Positions 49,446 to 62,353 of a DNA stretch of 64,000 nt are shown here, piece by piece. This stretch comes from Selaginella moellendorffii. Lineage: Eukaryota > Plantae > Lycopodiophyta. The number at the start of each line of letters is the position of its first letter. The first letter of the stretch is position 1. A program made the position numbers and the translations under genes. The stretch is taken from positions 665,014-729,013 of the forward strand of contig NW_003314298.1 in assembly GCF_000143415.4 (NCBI RefSeq), in the 5' to 3' direction. The notes beneath the pieces are model-generated. The model saw nothing but the letters and a program-made list of their open reading frames with translations. It searched no databases and was not told the origin of the DNA.

Positions 49446-52400
49446 TCACTTGATCCGCTTGATCTTCTTTAGTACGTCCTTGACGTTGGGGCCTTTGTCC
49501 CACGAACCAAACTGGCCCGCGACCTTCTTTAGCAGCACTCCAGCGTTAAAAATCGCGGTGGAGTCTCTCAGGTTACTCGGCTGTGGCAATCCAAACACCA
49601 CCCGGTTCACGTCTTCGTCGACTTGCAGGCTGTAGACTTCGCTAAAAATCTGCAAAGCAAGAACAACTTGTAAGCTCTTACTGCTACCAGAAACGAGAGT
49701 CTAGCGAGCTTACTTTACACATTCTCTGGTCTGCTTGTATGTGAGGCTCACGAGCCCGCGAAACAACGTTTATGACAAGGATTCCTTCGGGTTCCAGAGC
49801 AGCTTTCGCATTGCGGAGGAATGTTTCGAGAAGGAATTCCTCGGGAGGGCAGCTTAGCCCATTACTGCAACGGAGTTATCTGATCACTTCAACAAAGATC
49901 AACAGAAAAGAGAGAACCGAACCTTGGATCGGAGGAATCAGCGTCAATGAGTAGTATGTGCAATTTATGTCTAGTGTTCTCGCTGTTAGCTTGTTCTTCC
50001 ATCTGAAATAAGAAATATTTGAGAGTTTCTTCTTTCAAGTTTGATCTTTCAACTCATACCTCAAGTTTTGCTATAGCATCGACAGCGGCTAATCCATCTC
50101 CAAGTCTCAGCTGTAAGAGAATATATTATTGGTTAAGAAGAAAAAGGAAAATTGCATGCCTGCATGCGATCGTCTTCCACAAATCCAAAGTGACGCTTTG
50201 CCAAATCAGCAACAACTGGATCCAGCTCCACTACCTTAAACAAGCAAAAAACTTTTGTCATGTAACGAAAAACAAAGAGAACACTTTACCTCAATGCTGT
50301 TGAAGGGAAAATGCTTGTACAGAAACATTGGGAGCAATCCAGCACCAAGCCCAACGATCATCACACGAATCTGTACTAGTAGTTGAGGATTAATTCTTTG
50401 TCACAAGCAGAAAATAGCAAACACTTTGATTGCCATGCCTGTTCTTTGGAAGATACGCATGACTCAATCTTAGTAGCGATCAAAGGTAGGCCTGCCACCA
50501 TCCCTTCGTGATACGGACTGGCCAAGTAACTGTGATCTACCTTCATCTCATCCGTGGTGTCTGGAACAAACACAAGAACAAGAAAAAATAAAGTTACACT
50601 TTGATTAAAGTCAAGAAGTTTCTAGACCACGTACTTTGTCTTCTCTGTGCTGCAGTTTCTTTGCCATGTTTGTTTTTCTTTTTACTACCCACGCGTCGAA
50701 ATCTATTCGTTGGCGTTAGTAAAGCCTCCGACAGGATGAGGTTGGGATTACATTTAAAGAACAGGCATCGAAAGAAGGCCCTTTTTTTGTCGGATGATAC
50801 AACATCCTCTACAAGCATGGTACCTGTTAATGGAGAATCGATCTGAACAAAGGAGAGAAAGGTCAATGGTTTCTGTTTGTTAATCGATGCACGGCATTGT
50901 TGCAGAGTCCCTTTACAAACTCCATCGTGTGGCAGCAGGAAACTGTAGATGTTCGCAACCAAGAGTTAGAAACCTCGACAAGGAAAAGCGGGAAAGAGAA
51001 GTGAGGAACTTACGGTACTCCTGAGTCACAATCTAACAGTACAAGCTCTCTCACTAGCGGGGATAGGAGGTTCTGACCAGTTGGAAAGTGGGAATATGCA
51101 CAAGTGAGTAGCGGTCTGACAGTCAGTTTCGAGGTAAACCTGTTCGGAAAGAAGAAACACAGGTTATTTCCGACTGATGAATCAGTAAGTGACTAATTTT
51201 TCCATTCTACTTTAGTCACTTAACCACACCTCTGACCACTTGGAGGAGTCTCATTCACAACCTCCATAAGTCCAATTCAGGACTTGGGACTTGCTATCCC
51301 CAAGAATGGCATCCATGCCACTCAACACTTGCACCTGTTCCAAGTGCTCCACGTGTCTGGTCCCAAGACCGACACCCAAAGGTACCAGTGACATATCGGC
51401 CCGTTACGCTAAGGCCATGCCCATTCACCTTGGCCGCACTAGTGGTCCAATACCACTTGCATCACAATCCCGTCTCTCCAAGACTGGGCTATCCGTCCAC
51501 GAGTGGTCATCTTAGACCCACTCCTTAGCATCCTTAGGATACCCACAGACCTGGGGAATAGCCTTCCCCAAAGTCCTTTTGTCAGTTCCTACCAAGTCCC
51601 TTTTCTGTCCATGGCTATGTGCGCCAACACTGCCACTTGATCCAGGCCCACAAGCCTGACCACTAAGTCCCACGGTCCTCTGGGACTTCCTCACCACACA
51701 ACTGTGTCCTTGGTCACTACCTCAGAGGACTGCTCCTCTTCCTTTCCACAGTCTGGGCTTTTGGGACAACATTTCGGAACACCGTGGCCTTACACGAGCC
51801 ACCTGGGTACTCTCCCCACCTTTCGCCTTTAGGTGCTCTAGCCATAGGCTTAGAGCAAGGTTCCGTTGAGCCATGCCTGATATCCAAGTAGGTAGTGCCA
51901 CCCACACTTGGACTGGGAGCATCGGCCAGTTGATCTCCCGGGGGAACTAGAGCCGGCTCTTGAACACTTCACCAAGCTACCCCGCTTGTCGGTCCGTATT
52001 CACTCTAGTCTTGGATTTCCTAGTGGTCAGTTCATCACCCAACACTAGGTCTGGCCTTCCTGGGCCAAACTGGCCTTTCTTGGCCAAACTGGCTCCACTG
52101 CAGTCCTACCCCTTACTATACTTTTGGAGCTCACCAAACCCCCCAGGGTCTAGGAGACGAACGCTTTGGGCTTTCACCCTCTTAGACTCGAACTCGGACT
52201 CGGACTCGGACTCGAACTCGGGCTCGGGCTCGGTCTCAGCCTTGGCCTCGGTCTCGGTCTCGGTCCCGGTCTCGGTCTCGGTCTCGGTCTCGACCTCGGA
52301 CTCCATCTCGGGTCCTTCTCGGACTCCATCTCGGACTCCATCTCGGGCTCCGTCTCGGTCCATCTCGGACTCCATCTCGGACTCCGTCTCGGTCCATCTC

Positions 52401-55400
52401 GGACTCCATCTCGGGTCCATCTCGGACTCCGTCTCGGTCCACCTCGGACTCCATCTCGGGTCCATCTCGGACTCCATCTCGTGTCCATCTTGGACTCCAT
52501 CTCGGGTCCATCTCGGACTCCGTCTCGGGTCCATCTCGGACTCCATCTCGGACTCCATCTCGGGTCCATCTCGGACTCCGTCTCGGTCCACCTTGGACTC
52601 CACTTCAGGTCCATCTCGGACTCCATATTGGACTCCATCTCGGACTCCACTTCGGACTCCATATCGGACTCCACTTCGGGGCCTAGGGACTTTGTGTCTC
52701 AGAACTCCACCACCCATAGACGAAGTTCGATGTCCTCATCGAACGGTAAACCATTTTATAAAGTAACACCCGCATGTGTTTCCATTTCCATCCTTGGCAC
52801 CTAGCCAATATTTGTCAATGGTTTGACATTGAAGGCTCACCATGCCTTCTCCATATTTGTCAATGGTTTAACACCAAAGGCTCACCATGCCTTGCCCATC
52901 CTCCAAGGAGGATAGTCTCTCCAATTTAGAAATTCACTTGACCACCTAGGGTGGGTTGCTCCTTTTATTGGTTCAGTTCTTGCTAAACCCGTTAGAGACA
53001 CCTTCTTTAACTCAATTCCACTACTCATTCTTGAGTAGTCATAGATTCCATTGATCTACCTTTGCACTTTGGAACGTTTACTTTTGACTTCTTGAAGTCA
53101 ATTTCCTAGGTGTTTCCAACACCTTGCCTTGCATATTTTGTGCAACTCCACTTCCCCTTCTAGGAAGTTCTCTACTCGAGGGCACCCTCATCCTCTTTTC
53201 TATTTTTGTGCCACCATTGGCATTACATTCCATTTATCATTATTTGTGCTAGGGCTGTCCACGGCCTTATTTTTTGGCTACTTTGTTGCTCCTCACTTGG
53301 AGCTTTTACTTCGCCAAATTGGAGCACTTGGGAATCTATCCTTGGAAGTCCACTTCCTTTTCCGCAATCCGTTAGCATCAAACACATTTGTGTTCCTTGG
53401 CTAACTTTGCCATTTGGATTCCTTCCCATGATTCCCATGGCTCTTTTCTTGGCCACTAGTCTTTTGCTCCTATCCTTGATTGTTGCACCCAGCAACATAG
53501 GATCGCTACCTCCATTTTTGAGGTTTCCTTTCAGTTCTATAGCAAACACTTTGCTTTGCCAAGTCCAAAGTCAACCTGCTTTGTGTTCACCCCTAGTACG
53601 TCTCTTTAACATTTTCTGTCGTGGGCCCTATCCACGGCCCAACTTTTTGAGACCCTCCCTTGGATCTCTTATAGAGACTACTTTCCTTGGACTTACTATG
53701 CTATAGCATTGACATAGCTCATTTCCCTTGAGTGTTCTTCCCACTTGGTCACCTCGACCAAGCCACACCTTTATCAATAGTTCAAATCAACACTTTGAAC
53801 TAAGAATCATATTCCTTAACCCAAACAAAGACTTTGTCCTTGTTTAGCCACAAGATCACCTAGTGATCTCATCTTGACCCCTTAATAGATCTATCAATAG
53901 GAACTAGGTCTTCTAGACCCTTCTAAGCTGTTGACTATGACCCCGGGAGCATCCCCCACACTCGGTGGTGCGCCCAAGCCAGCCCTTTCGGCCAAGGATC
54001 CATAGCAACTGAGACTTGGGTGTCCCCATCTCATCCACCACGTCCTTGGTGCCCTTTGCACCAAAGTGTTCAAGTTAGATATGCCGAGCTTTCACTCTAA
54101 GCAATCTAACCGTGCATCACGACTCCGAGGCATCCCTCGCTTGGCGGTGTGCCCAAACCAGTCTCCTCACTAAGAGTCCATGACCACCGAAATATGAGTG
54201 TCCTCATATTCCAAACCATCACCACGCCCTAGTGATTTGGGACTCGAACCCAAGCACTAGAGGGTCGGGACTCGAACCCAACCTCCGTATATGCATCTAC
54301 GGACGGCATCACCATAGATGCCTGGCGTGACTCCCCACGCCGGTGCACCAACTTATACTCAAAGCGTGCTATAGATCACAATTTAGAAACCTAGTTCCTC
54401 CACCCTGCCAAGTCCTCTCACTTGACAAGTCTGTGATCATGCATGGACTCCTCCATGCTTGGCCCCATGGCCCACCCTTTTTGAAGTTATCACCTTCAAC
54501 TAGGGTATTTGTTCCCCTAACTTGCCAATCTCGATTGGCAAGTCCTCCGACCATAGTAACATGGTTCCTGCACAAGCGTGAAAGCCCTTGATCATCGACT
54601 TTTGTTCAAAGCCCTCTCTTTGAACACTCGGGAACTACTTCCCTAACCTTGATAGCCTTGCCTCATGGCAAGCTTCAAGACCACGCTTCTGCTGCGCCAC
54701 TCTGATTTTGCGCATTCCTTGAACCATTACGCTTGGCCTTTCTAGGTACTAAGCTACCTAGAATCGTCTTTGGGAACCTTGAAGGAACTCTGTCCCTTAG
54801 CTTGCTAAGGCCTCCCTTTTTGCAATTCCAATTACCATATAGTCTAACATGGACAATTCCATATTTTAGACTCTTCATGGTATCACGGTTGCTAGCGACA
54901 ACACCCTCAAGCCCCCACTTGATTCTCCACTCCCAGCTGGCATAACCAACCTTAGTTATGCCCTTTGATTCATATGGTTCGGTTCTATCCCCTTACTTCT
55001 TACTTTTGGCTTCACACCTTTCCTTCGGTCATTCTCCTCCAGACCAGGAGGATAGCTTTGCACTTTCTATTATGCATTAGCAAGTATTCTTAGGGATGAA
55101 CCTACCCGATAGCCTAGGGAGTGGTTCCTCAATCCAGGTATGCTCACCCTATAATCCCACACACCGGGATTACGTTGTTGCTTATGGGCCTTTACATGCC
55201 CATCACTAGCCTTGCCAAAATTCCATTTTTGGCTTTGTCCAATTCGAGTAGATGGTCTTCTCCTGTCTCCACCACCTTGGACATTTGGATAGCATCTTCT
55301 ATCCATCATTTGCTAGGGACCTAGTCCTTTGGGCCTTATCTAATGCCCTCGCGACATCAAACACCACCTCTTGGTGTTCTAGAGTGTTCAAGTGTCCCAA

Positions 55401-58400
55401 TGGTGGCTTCTTTGACAATAAGTATTTCCTTTTATGACATTGACTTACTATATCGCAACATAAGCAACTTATCCCTCGTAAGGGTATATCCGACTTCCCT
55501 ATGCCATTAAGGAGGCTTGGGTAGCTACCTTCTACCTGTTTAACCAATTATCTTGCACCTCTTACTTAGTTGTCTCATAGTTGTCAAGTCCTACAACTAA
55601 TTGCTGGTGCTTCCACACCTCCATCATTATCTGGGTCACCACACTCCAACTGCATGCTCTGCAGCTTAGGTTATGCCATTCCCATTTCCATTGGGATTCC
55701 TTTAGCAAGGAGTTCTCATGAACCCACCAACATAGCCTCAAGGTATCACACCTTGGCACATTTGGTGTCTCCACACCATCGGCTCCATGAGCCTACCTCT
55801 ATGACACTTCTTCTTTGTATCTAAGTCTTTGCCAAGACCAATACCGCTCTTTCTCATGCCAACTATCTATTAGCACTGCACCATAAAAGTCACACACAAC
55901 TTTGTGTCAAAGTTGTTTTCTTTTGGGAACACCTTTCCCGTGACTTTAGCATGGCACATTTTGCTATTGATGAGATACCCTCTGTTCTCATCCTTGGATC
56001 CTATGATCCCCCCCATCCTTTGTGGGGTACCACACACCTCAGTCCAAATGCTTCCATTAGTCGTTTAGGACTATTCCTTGACTCTACTTGAGTCATCTAG
56101 TAGTTTTGGACTTGGTTAATCCACAAACCCGTAAGGTCTTACTTGTGGGGCACTTGCTCACTGGAATACACTTCTTGCATTCACGTCCTACTCACAAGGA
56201 CTATTTTCACAAGTGTTACTCTGACACTTGATTTTGTTCTCTGGGGCAACCTTTGCCCCTTAGGACTACTTGTCCATATGATGAGAATACCAACTCATCT
56301 CTAAGTACACCCCCCAACTCCTTGGGTTGTTCCATCATTTATTAAAGGTAGCCCCAGCTACCATTTCAAGGACTTGAGTCCTCTTCCGTATTTGACCTCC
56401 CACGGTCATTACTTCTGGTCTCACATTCATGAGCACCAGCCTCAACTATATGAGGATAATCTTGTGACTCCTTTATTGCTTTGGAGTCTTTATCTTTCCT
56501 GTGATCCCAACTATAGTTGTTTACCACAACTACATTAGCCAGTTTGCTAAGTCAAACGCTCATCTGGATCACATCCTCAACTCTCTGAGGAAAACCATAT
56601 ATTGTTCCTAAGATCCCAAAGTCGTTCCCTTACTGGCCCCTTTTCTATCTACCACATCGTGCCCAAGTTCATGCATGAACTCGAGTGGAGAGCCATGTCC
56701 TCTCGACGTGCTACTCCTCAAGGATAGGCCCACTCCTAGGACCTTCCGATGCCAATATCAATGGTGATATACTTGAGCACTAATAAAAGTCGGACTAAGG
56801 AACAGCTCCGATACTAGGTAGTAAGCGATTAATTTTTCCATTCTACTTTAGTCACTTAACCACACCTCTGACCACTTGGAGGAGTCTCATTCACAACCTC
56901 TATAAGTCCAATTCAGGACTTGGGACTTGCTATCCCCAAGAATGGCATCCATGCCACTCAACACTTGCACCCGGTCCAAGTGCTCCACGTGTCCGGTCCC
57001 AAGACCGACACCCAAAGGTACCAGTGACATATCGGCCCGTTACGCTAAGGCCATGCCCATTCACCTTGGCCGCACTAGTGGTCCAATACCACTTGCATCA
57101 CAATCCCGTCTCTCCAAGACTGGGCCATCCGTCCACGAGTGGTCATCCTAGACCCACTCCTTAGCATCCTTAGGATGCCCACAGACCTGGGGAATAGCCT
57201 TCCCCAAAGTCCCTTTGTCAGTTCCTACCAAGTCCCTTTTCTGTCCATGGCTATGTGCGCCAACACTGCCACTTGATCCAGGCCCACAGGCCTGACCACT
57301 AAGTCCCACAGTCCTCTGGGACTTCCTCACCACACGACTGTGTCCTTGGTCACTACCTCAGAGGACTACTCCTCTTCCTTTCCACAGTCTGGGCCTTTGG
57401 GACAACATTTCGGAACACCGTGGCCTTACGCGAGCCACCTGGGTACTCTCCCCGCCTTTCGCCTTTAGGTGCTCTAGCCATGGGCTTAGAGCGAGGTTCC
57501 GTTGAGCCACATCTGGTATCCAAGTAGGTAGTGCCACCCACACTTGGACTGGGAGCATCGGCCAGTCGATCTCCCGGGGGAACTAGAGCCGGCTCTTGAA
57601 CACTTCACCAAGCTACCCCGCTTGTCGGTCCGTATTCACTCTAGTCTTGGACTTCCTAGTGGTCAGTTCATCACCCAACACTGGGTCTGGCCTTCCTGGG
57701 CTAAACTGGCCTTTCCTGGCCAAACTGGCTCCACTGCAGTCCTCCCCCTTACTATACTTTTGGAGCTCACCAAACCCCCCAGGGTCTGGGAGACGAACGC
57801 TTTGGGCTTTCACCCTCTCAGACTCGAACTCGGACTCGGACTCGGACTCGAACTCGGACTCGGACTCGGACTCGGACTCGGGCTCGGGCTCGGTCTCAGC
57901 CTTGGCCTCGGTCTCGGTCTCGGTCCCGGTCCCGGTCCCAGTCTCGGTCTCGGTCTCGGTCTCGGTCCCGGTCTCAGTCCCGGTCTCGGTCCCGGTCTCG
58001 GTCTTGACCTCGGACTCCATCTCGGACTCCGTCTCGGTCCATCTCGGACTCCATCTCGGGTCCATCTCGGACTCCATCTCGAACTCCATCTCGGGTCCAT
58101 CTCGGACTCCGTCTCAGTCCACCTCGGACTCCACTTCGGGTCCATCTCGGACTCCATCTCGGGTCCATCTCGGACTCCGTCTCGGTCCACCTCGGACTCC
58201 ATCTCGGACTCCATCTCGAGTCCATCTCGGACTCCATCTCGGACTCCATCTCGGGTCCATCTCGGACTCCGTCTCGGTCCACCTCGGACTCCACTTCGGG
58301 TCCATCTCGGACTCCATCTCGGACTCCACTTTGGACTCCATATCGGACTCCACTTCAGGGCCTAGGGACTTTGTGTCTCACAGAATCGATGCAAGTTTTA

Positions 58401-59092
58401 TAGTCAGCAAGCCCTGCCATGATAAGCCGAGCGGCCTTGGCACTTTAGACCACTTGCCATTGTCCTTCCTTGGATGAATAGAGCCACTCGTGGGCCTTGG
58501 CCTGTCGCAAAAGTATCAAGACCTTGGAGGCTTTTGAAATGAAACCGAAAGTACCTTTGGCACCAAAAACACAGCACACGCATCAGACGTGACTGCCTGT
58601 CCAATCTTGGCGTCGAGAACTATTGCTTTGAATGTTCCTCCCAGAGTTAGAACAGATCTCCAAGAGGGTTGGAGCTTTTCAAAGTCACGAAACTCTGGTC
58701 CTCTTCTTCTCAACGCATTTTCCTTCTCTATCGCTGCGAAATTTTGCACCTGGAAAGATTGGTGTTGGTCTTTTCATAAGAGAAAAACTCAGAAAAAACT
58801 CACATGGAGATCGGACGAAAGATCATAAGAGATGAAGGACAGATCGCTCTTCGTCTCTTTCATGGCAGCGAATAGCAGCGGCTTCAGCTTGGACGAAGCC
58901 TGAGCGGTCGGCAGTTGGTAGACAGCTACTTGCCAACCATGTCGAAACGTTGATAATAGCAATCCTATAAAACACAACGTGATCTTTGAAAAACGAAACA
59001 CATGGCTAATTCTTCCACATACCAATTACCTGACTTTCGGCTAAGGTGATGCAAGAATACTTTCCCAAAGGCCTGAACACTCTTTTGACCTG
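49446..59092 (-). pseudogene. METTL13: METTL13-like copy 2, 5'-truncated and split by the 7.2-kb LARD-like element
   Basis: Same exons as copy 1 on both sides of 51184-58382. Confidence 0.85.
51184..58382 (-). mobile_element. Full-length non-autonomous LTR element (LARD-like), 7.2 kb
   Basis: LTRs of ~1.5 kb at 51184-52703 and 56820-58382, with TSD GAATC at 51179-51183 and 58383-58387. PBS-like TAGTATCGGAGC (iMet type, 2 mismatches) and purine-rich PPT-like ATGGGTGGTGGAG. The 4.1-kb internal region has no gag-pol ORF. Confidence 0.92.
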
Positions 59093-59309
59093 TCCAGGCC
59101 TTTATCATGAACAACATACTCTAATTATCTGGATGAGCTTTGAAGTTTTACTCCCCCCAGGCCTCATCCACAGCAACCTCTCCATCAAAGTCACCAGCTG
59201 TGAGTTTAATGCTTTACTTAACTTTGATCTAATACTGAACATTCTTATTGAATATTGAACAGGAGGCATCCCTGGTAAAAAAAAATATTCAATAAGAATG
59301 TTCAGTATT

Positions 59310-60096
59310 AGCCTCCTGTTAAACACCATCCTGTTTCAGTCTCTCTCCACCTAGCTGGCAATGATGTGGTAGATTACATGGCACTTCTCTCTTTCCACTC
59401 CCGTCTGCACTTGCACCTGTCTGTCCAAAGACTGTGGTCTTTCTTGGCTTTTGACTGGGACCTGACATCCTTGGAGTTTGGAAGCATTTTTTCCATTGTT
59501 TGTTTTTCACAGAGAAAGAAAAGAACTTGAACAGCGAGACAATGGCATAGCTATCTCCACCACATTTGATTCCTCTCCATGATGACAAAGCTAAGCAAGG
59601 ACCATTGCCATCCATCTGCAAAGTTCCAGTGGATCCCCAAGAGCGTGCTTGAAAGCTTGCAAGGCATCCATTTGAAAAATAAGACTAAGGATGATCCAAG
59701 AGGAGAAGGCTATGTAGCATTTACTAGCTCCAGGCTGTGCAAAGATGAAGAGCATGCCTATATTCCATGATGCCAGAGCTAACAGTACCATTGAGCTCCA
59801 CAAACTCATAGAAACCTCCATATGATCGTTGTTGCTACCCCTTGAGAGCAAAAAACAAGAGCGCTTCCAATCTAGCTGACGTTGCTGCTGCTGCTTGGGT
59901 CGACCAGCATTTCCATTTCAAAGAAGAACCCTAGAGAAGAGGGTATCCCAAAGTCCCCCAATCCAGAGGAGCAAAGCAAAAGGAGAAAGTTAGCATTGGA
60001 CACAAGGGAAAAAAACCCTCTTCTCTCCCTTCTCTGTCCTGTGAAAAAAGACTTTGGTCCAAGTTAAAGTGATTGGAAGTAATGTTGTGTGGCAGC

Positions 60097-60137
<41 letters not shown>

Positions 60138-60221
60138 GGACGGGAGTGGAAAGAGAGAAGTGCCACATCATTGCCAACTAGGTGGAGAGAGACTGAAATA
60201 GGATGGTGTTTAACAGGAGGC
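59310..60221. mobile_element. Pack-MULE-like TIR element carrying an LRR-RLK 5' fragment
   Basis: Inverted termini of ~85-95 bp (gcctcctgttaaacaccatcct...). The internal minus strand has a (CT)n leader, a signal-like stretch and DALQAFKHALGDP..GNGPC..SWRGIKC (LRRNT_2-like). Absent from units 1 and 2. Confidence 0.75.
60099..60133. repeat. (GA)n microsatellite
   Basis: About 17 GA units. Confidence 0.95.
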
Positions 60222-60488
60222 GGGATGCATCCCGGAGCATATAATGGACTGTGGTTTGTAGCAAATTGTCTAGGTAATGAGGACGAGTAGCAAGATTTAT
60301 TAATTAGATATTATTTTGAAGGATTGTTGAAAAATTATAAACATGAACCATCAACCCTCTTTTCCTTAAGGAAAATCTAAAGAGCTTGGTTGAGCTACTT
60401 GCACTTCCATGTTGGAATTTCTCATTTGCCAGTATAAAAGTCCAACAGAGGGATCACAACCCACAATCTCTACAACTCGCATTCTATC

Positions 60489-60978
60489 ATGTCTTCGCAG
60501 TTTATTATCTGCTTAGTCTTTGCTCATGTAGCGCTTGCAGGGACAAGCAACGCTGTAAGCTATTAGTTTTTTTTAAAATGCCCACACTAGAACTATAGCT
60601 AATCAGACTCAATCTGGTTTTGATGCAGGCATGCAACTTTGAGGATAGCTGTGACAAGAACTCGGAGGTTATAAGCACTTCCAATTGTTACAAGCCCAAT
60701 GGCCAGCTCCAAAGGAGCAGCATCAATCTTAACGATTGCTTCAGCAACAATGGAGGAACCCTCAACTGTGGCAGAAACTTTAGTGCCTCGTGCCAGAATG
60801 TAGTGATCACCCGTGGTACCATCCTCCAGCTCCAAGTCCTGCTTCCATCAATCCCCAGTGCTATGGCAATGGCCAGTATTATACCTCAGTACTGATTAAC
60901 AAGTGTGTGCAGAACAACAGTGGATTCCTCCAGCAGCAAGTGAGTGAAGTTTCTCATGATAAAGCGATGTTATCTTAA
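60489..60978 (+). pseudogene. CVNH copy 3 with deletions and a frameshift
   Basis: Lacks part of the GTTLTA segment, has a 1-nt loss near ITP and has lost the terminal CC. Confidence 0.82.
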
Positions 60979-61199
60979 TATTGTTTTTTGATTTTAGGGC
61001 TCTTGCATCTTAACATTGAGGCACCGCTCTTTCTTCACGGATGCCACAACGATTTGGCTCGGGGTTATTCCCCAAGAGCTTTTGCACACTTTTCTTCCGT
61101 GTCACAAACATGCTCAGTCTTGTTTTTCGCAAAGTAGTGATTTACCACCTTCTTGTTCAAGGACCACCATTCTAACAACGATGCCGATCATCACAGCAT

Positions 61200-61390
61200 T
61201 AGCTCACAGCAGTGCCCTGGATCCTTCGAGAAAGAATTCCCGATTTTCACACTAACAAGAGAACCAAGCAAAGTTCACGAATCTTCGAGCTTCCTCCTCC
61301 ACTGACCAGCTCTTGGAATCGACTCCAAAGTGCAAAATCCGTGAGTTATCCCCGTCAAGCAGCCATATACTGTTGCTCCCATCAGTCTCT
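61200..61390 (-). pseudogene. F-box cassette copy 3, only the 3' end retained
   Basis: Matches 36310-36510 and then jumps to the upstream flank, a deletion of ~900 bp. Confidence 0.8.
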
Positions 61391-61754
61391 ACGGCTTTGC
61401 AATTTTAGGGTTCTTGCATCTTAACATTGAGGGCGCCGCTCTTTCTTCGCGGCTCGCTTATACGCGGATGCCACAACGATTTCTCGCGGCTTCCATGGCA
61501 CGGGTCAGCGATTCGTTGTTCGCTGCCTTGTTCGACTGATGGACGCCACAGCGCTTTCTTCTCTCTCTTTTTTTTCTCTCGCGCATTTAGCACTGGGGCA
61601 CTGCGAAGATTCTATCGCGTGTGCTTTGCCCGTTCAGCTAATGCTACATTGCTAATCTTCTTTCGCAATGTCCTGGGATTTCTTTCATCTCTTCTTCTCT
61701 GGACAAAGATCTCATCTCATCATGTAGGAGAGATTCTTCATTCTTCTCGCTTTT

Positions 61755-61895
61755 TCGTGCATCTTTTCTGCGATTAATTTCCAGTGCGTGTCGCTCATTC
61801 ACACAATGCACAGATTAAATCTTGTCGATCTCTCCTGTGGCTTTCTGAGAGATTCACGCGATGAATCTTCTCATGCAGTTGGCAGGAGAACAAAA
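61755..61895 (+). ncRNA. H/ACA snoRNA copy 3 with a deletion in hairpin 1
   Basis: H box AGATTA, hairpin 2 and ACA are retained; ~11 nt of the upper stem of hairpin 1 are lost. Confidence 0.6.
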
Positions 61896-61933
61896 AACCA
61901 TCTTTCCTTCGATTTCGATGACACACCAAGCAC

Positions 61934-62216
61934 CATACTTGCATTCGAACGGGTATGATTAATAAAAAACGCCGTTTAAAACGCGTGTATAATACGGCGT
62001 TTAAACACCAAGAATATTTTTAAAAACCCTAAAGAATATGCTTTCTTTTACTTAGGATTAGGGCTCATGTAAAATCAGGGTTCGAAAAAAACCGTAAAAT
62101 CAGGGTTCGAATAAAACTGAAAACCATTATACCCGTTCGAAAAAAAGCTAAACGGGTATTAAACGTTCGATACCCGTTCGAATCCGGTTGCGTTCGAATG
62201 TTCGGATGCAAGTATG
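61934..62216. mobile_element. 283-bp hAT-like MITE
   Basis: TIR CATACTTGCATTCGAAC / GTTCGGATGCAAGTATG (16/17) and an imperfect 8-bp TSD CCAAGCAC/CCAAGGAT. The empty site is present in units 1 and 2. Confidence 0.85.
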
Positions 62217-62353
62217 CCAAGGATCATCGTTTAGGACTATTTGTTTGCAAAAAAAGTATAGCGATGGTACATCTGTACAGTGCGTTTCTCTAGAGAAAAC
62301 TCGCGCAAAAACCCCCAGAGAGAATGAGAAAAGAGACCTTTTTCTTCTCACTG

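Noticed and set aside
52180-52680. Regular short repeats resembling a CRISPR array
   Set aside because: There are no unique spacers or cas genes and the context is eukaryotic. This is a minisatellite.
51960-58477. Long ESEM/SPRW/GLHL ORFs in many frames (also at 4565-5171 and 6447-6880)
   Set aside because: They arise from stop-free 6/12-bp tandem repeats inside LTRs and show no evidence of being protein-coding.
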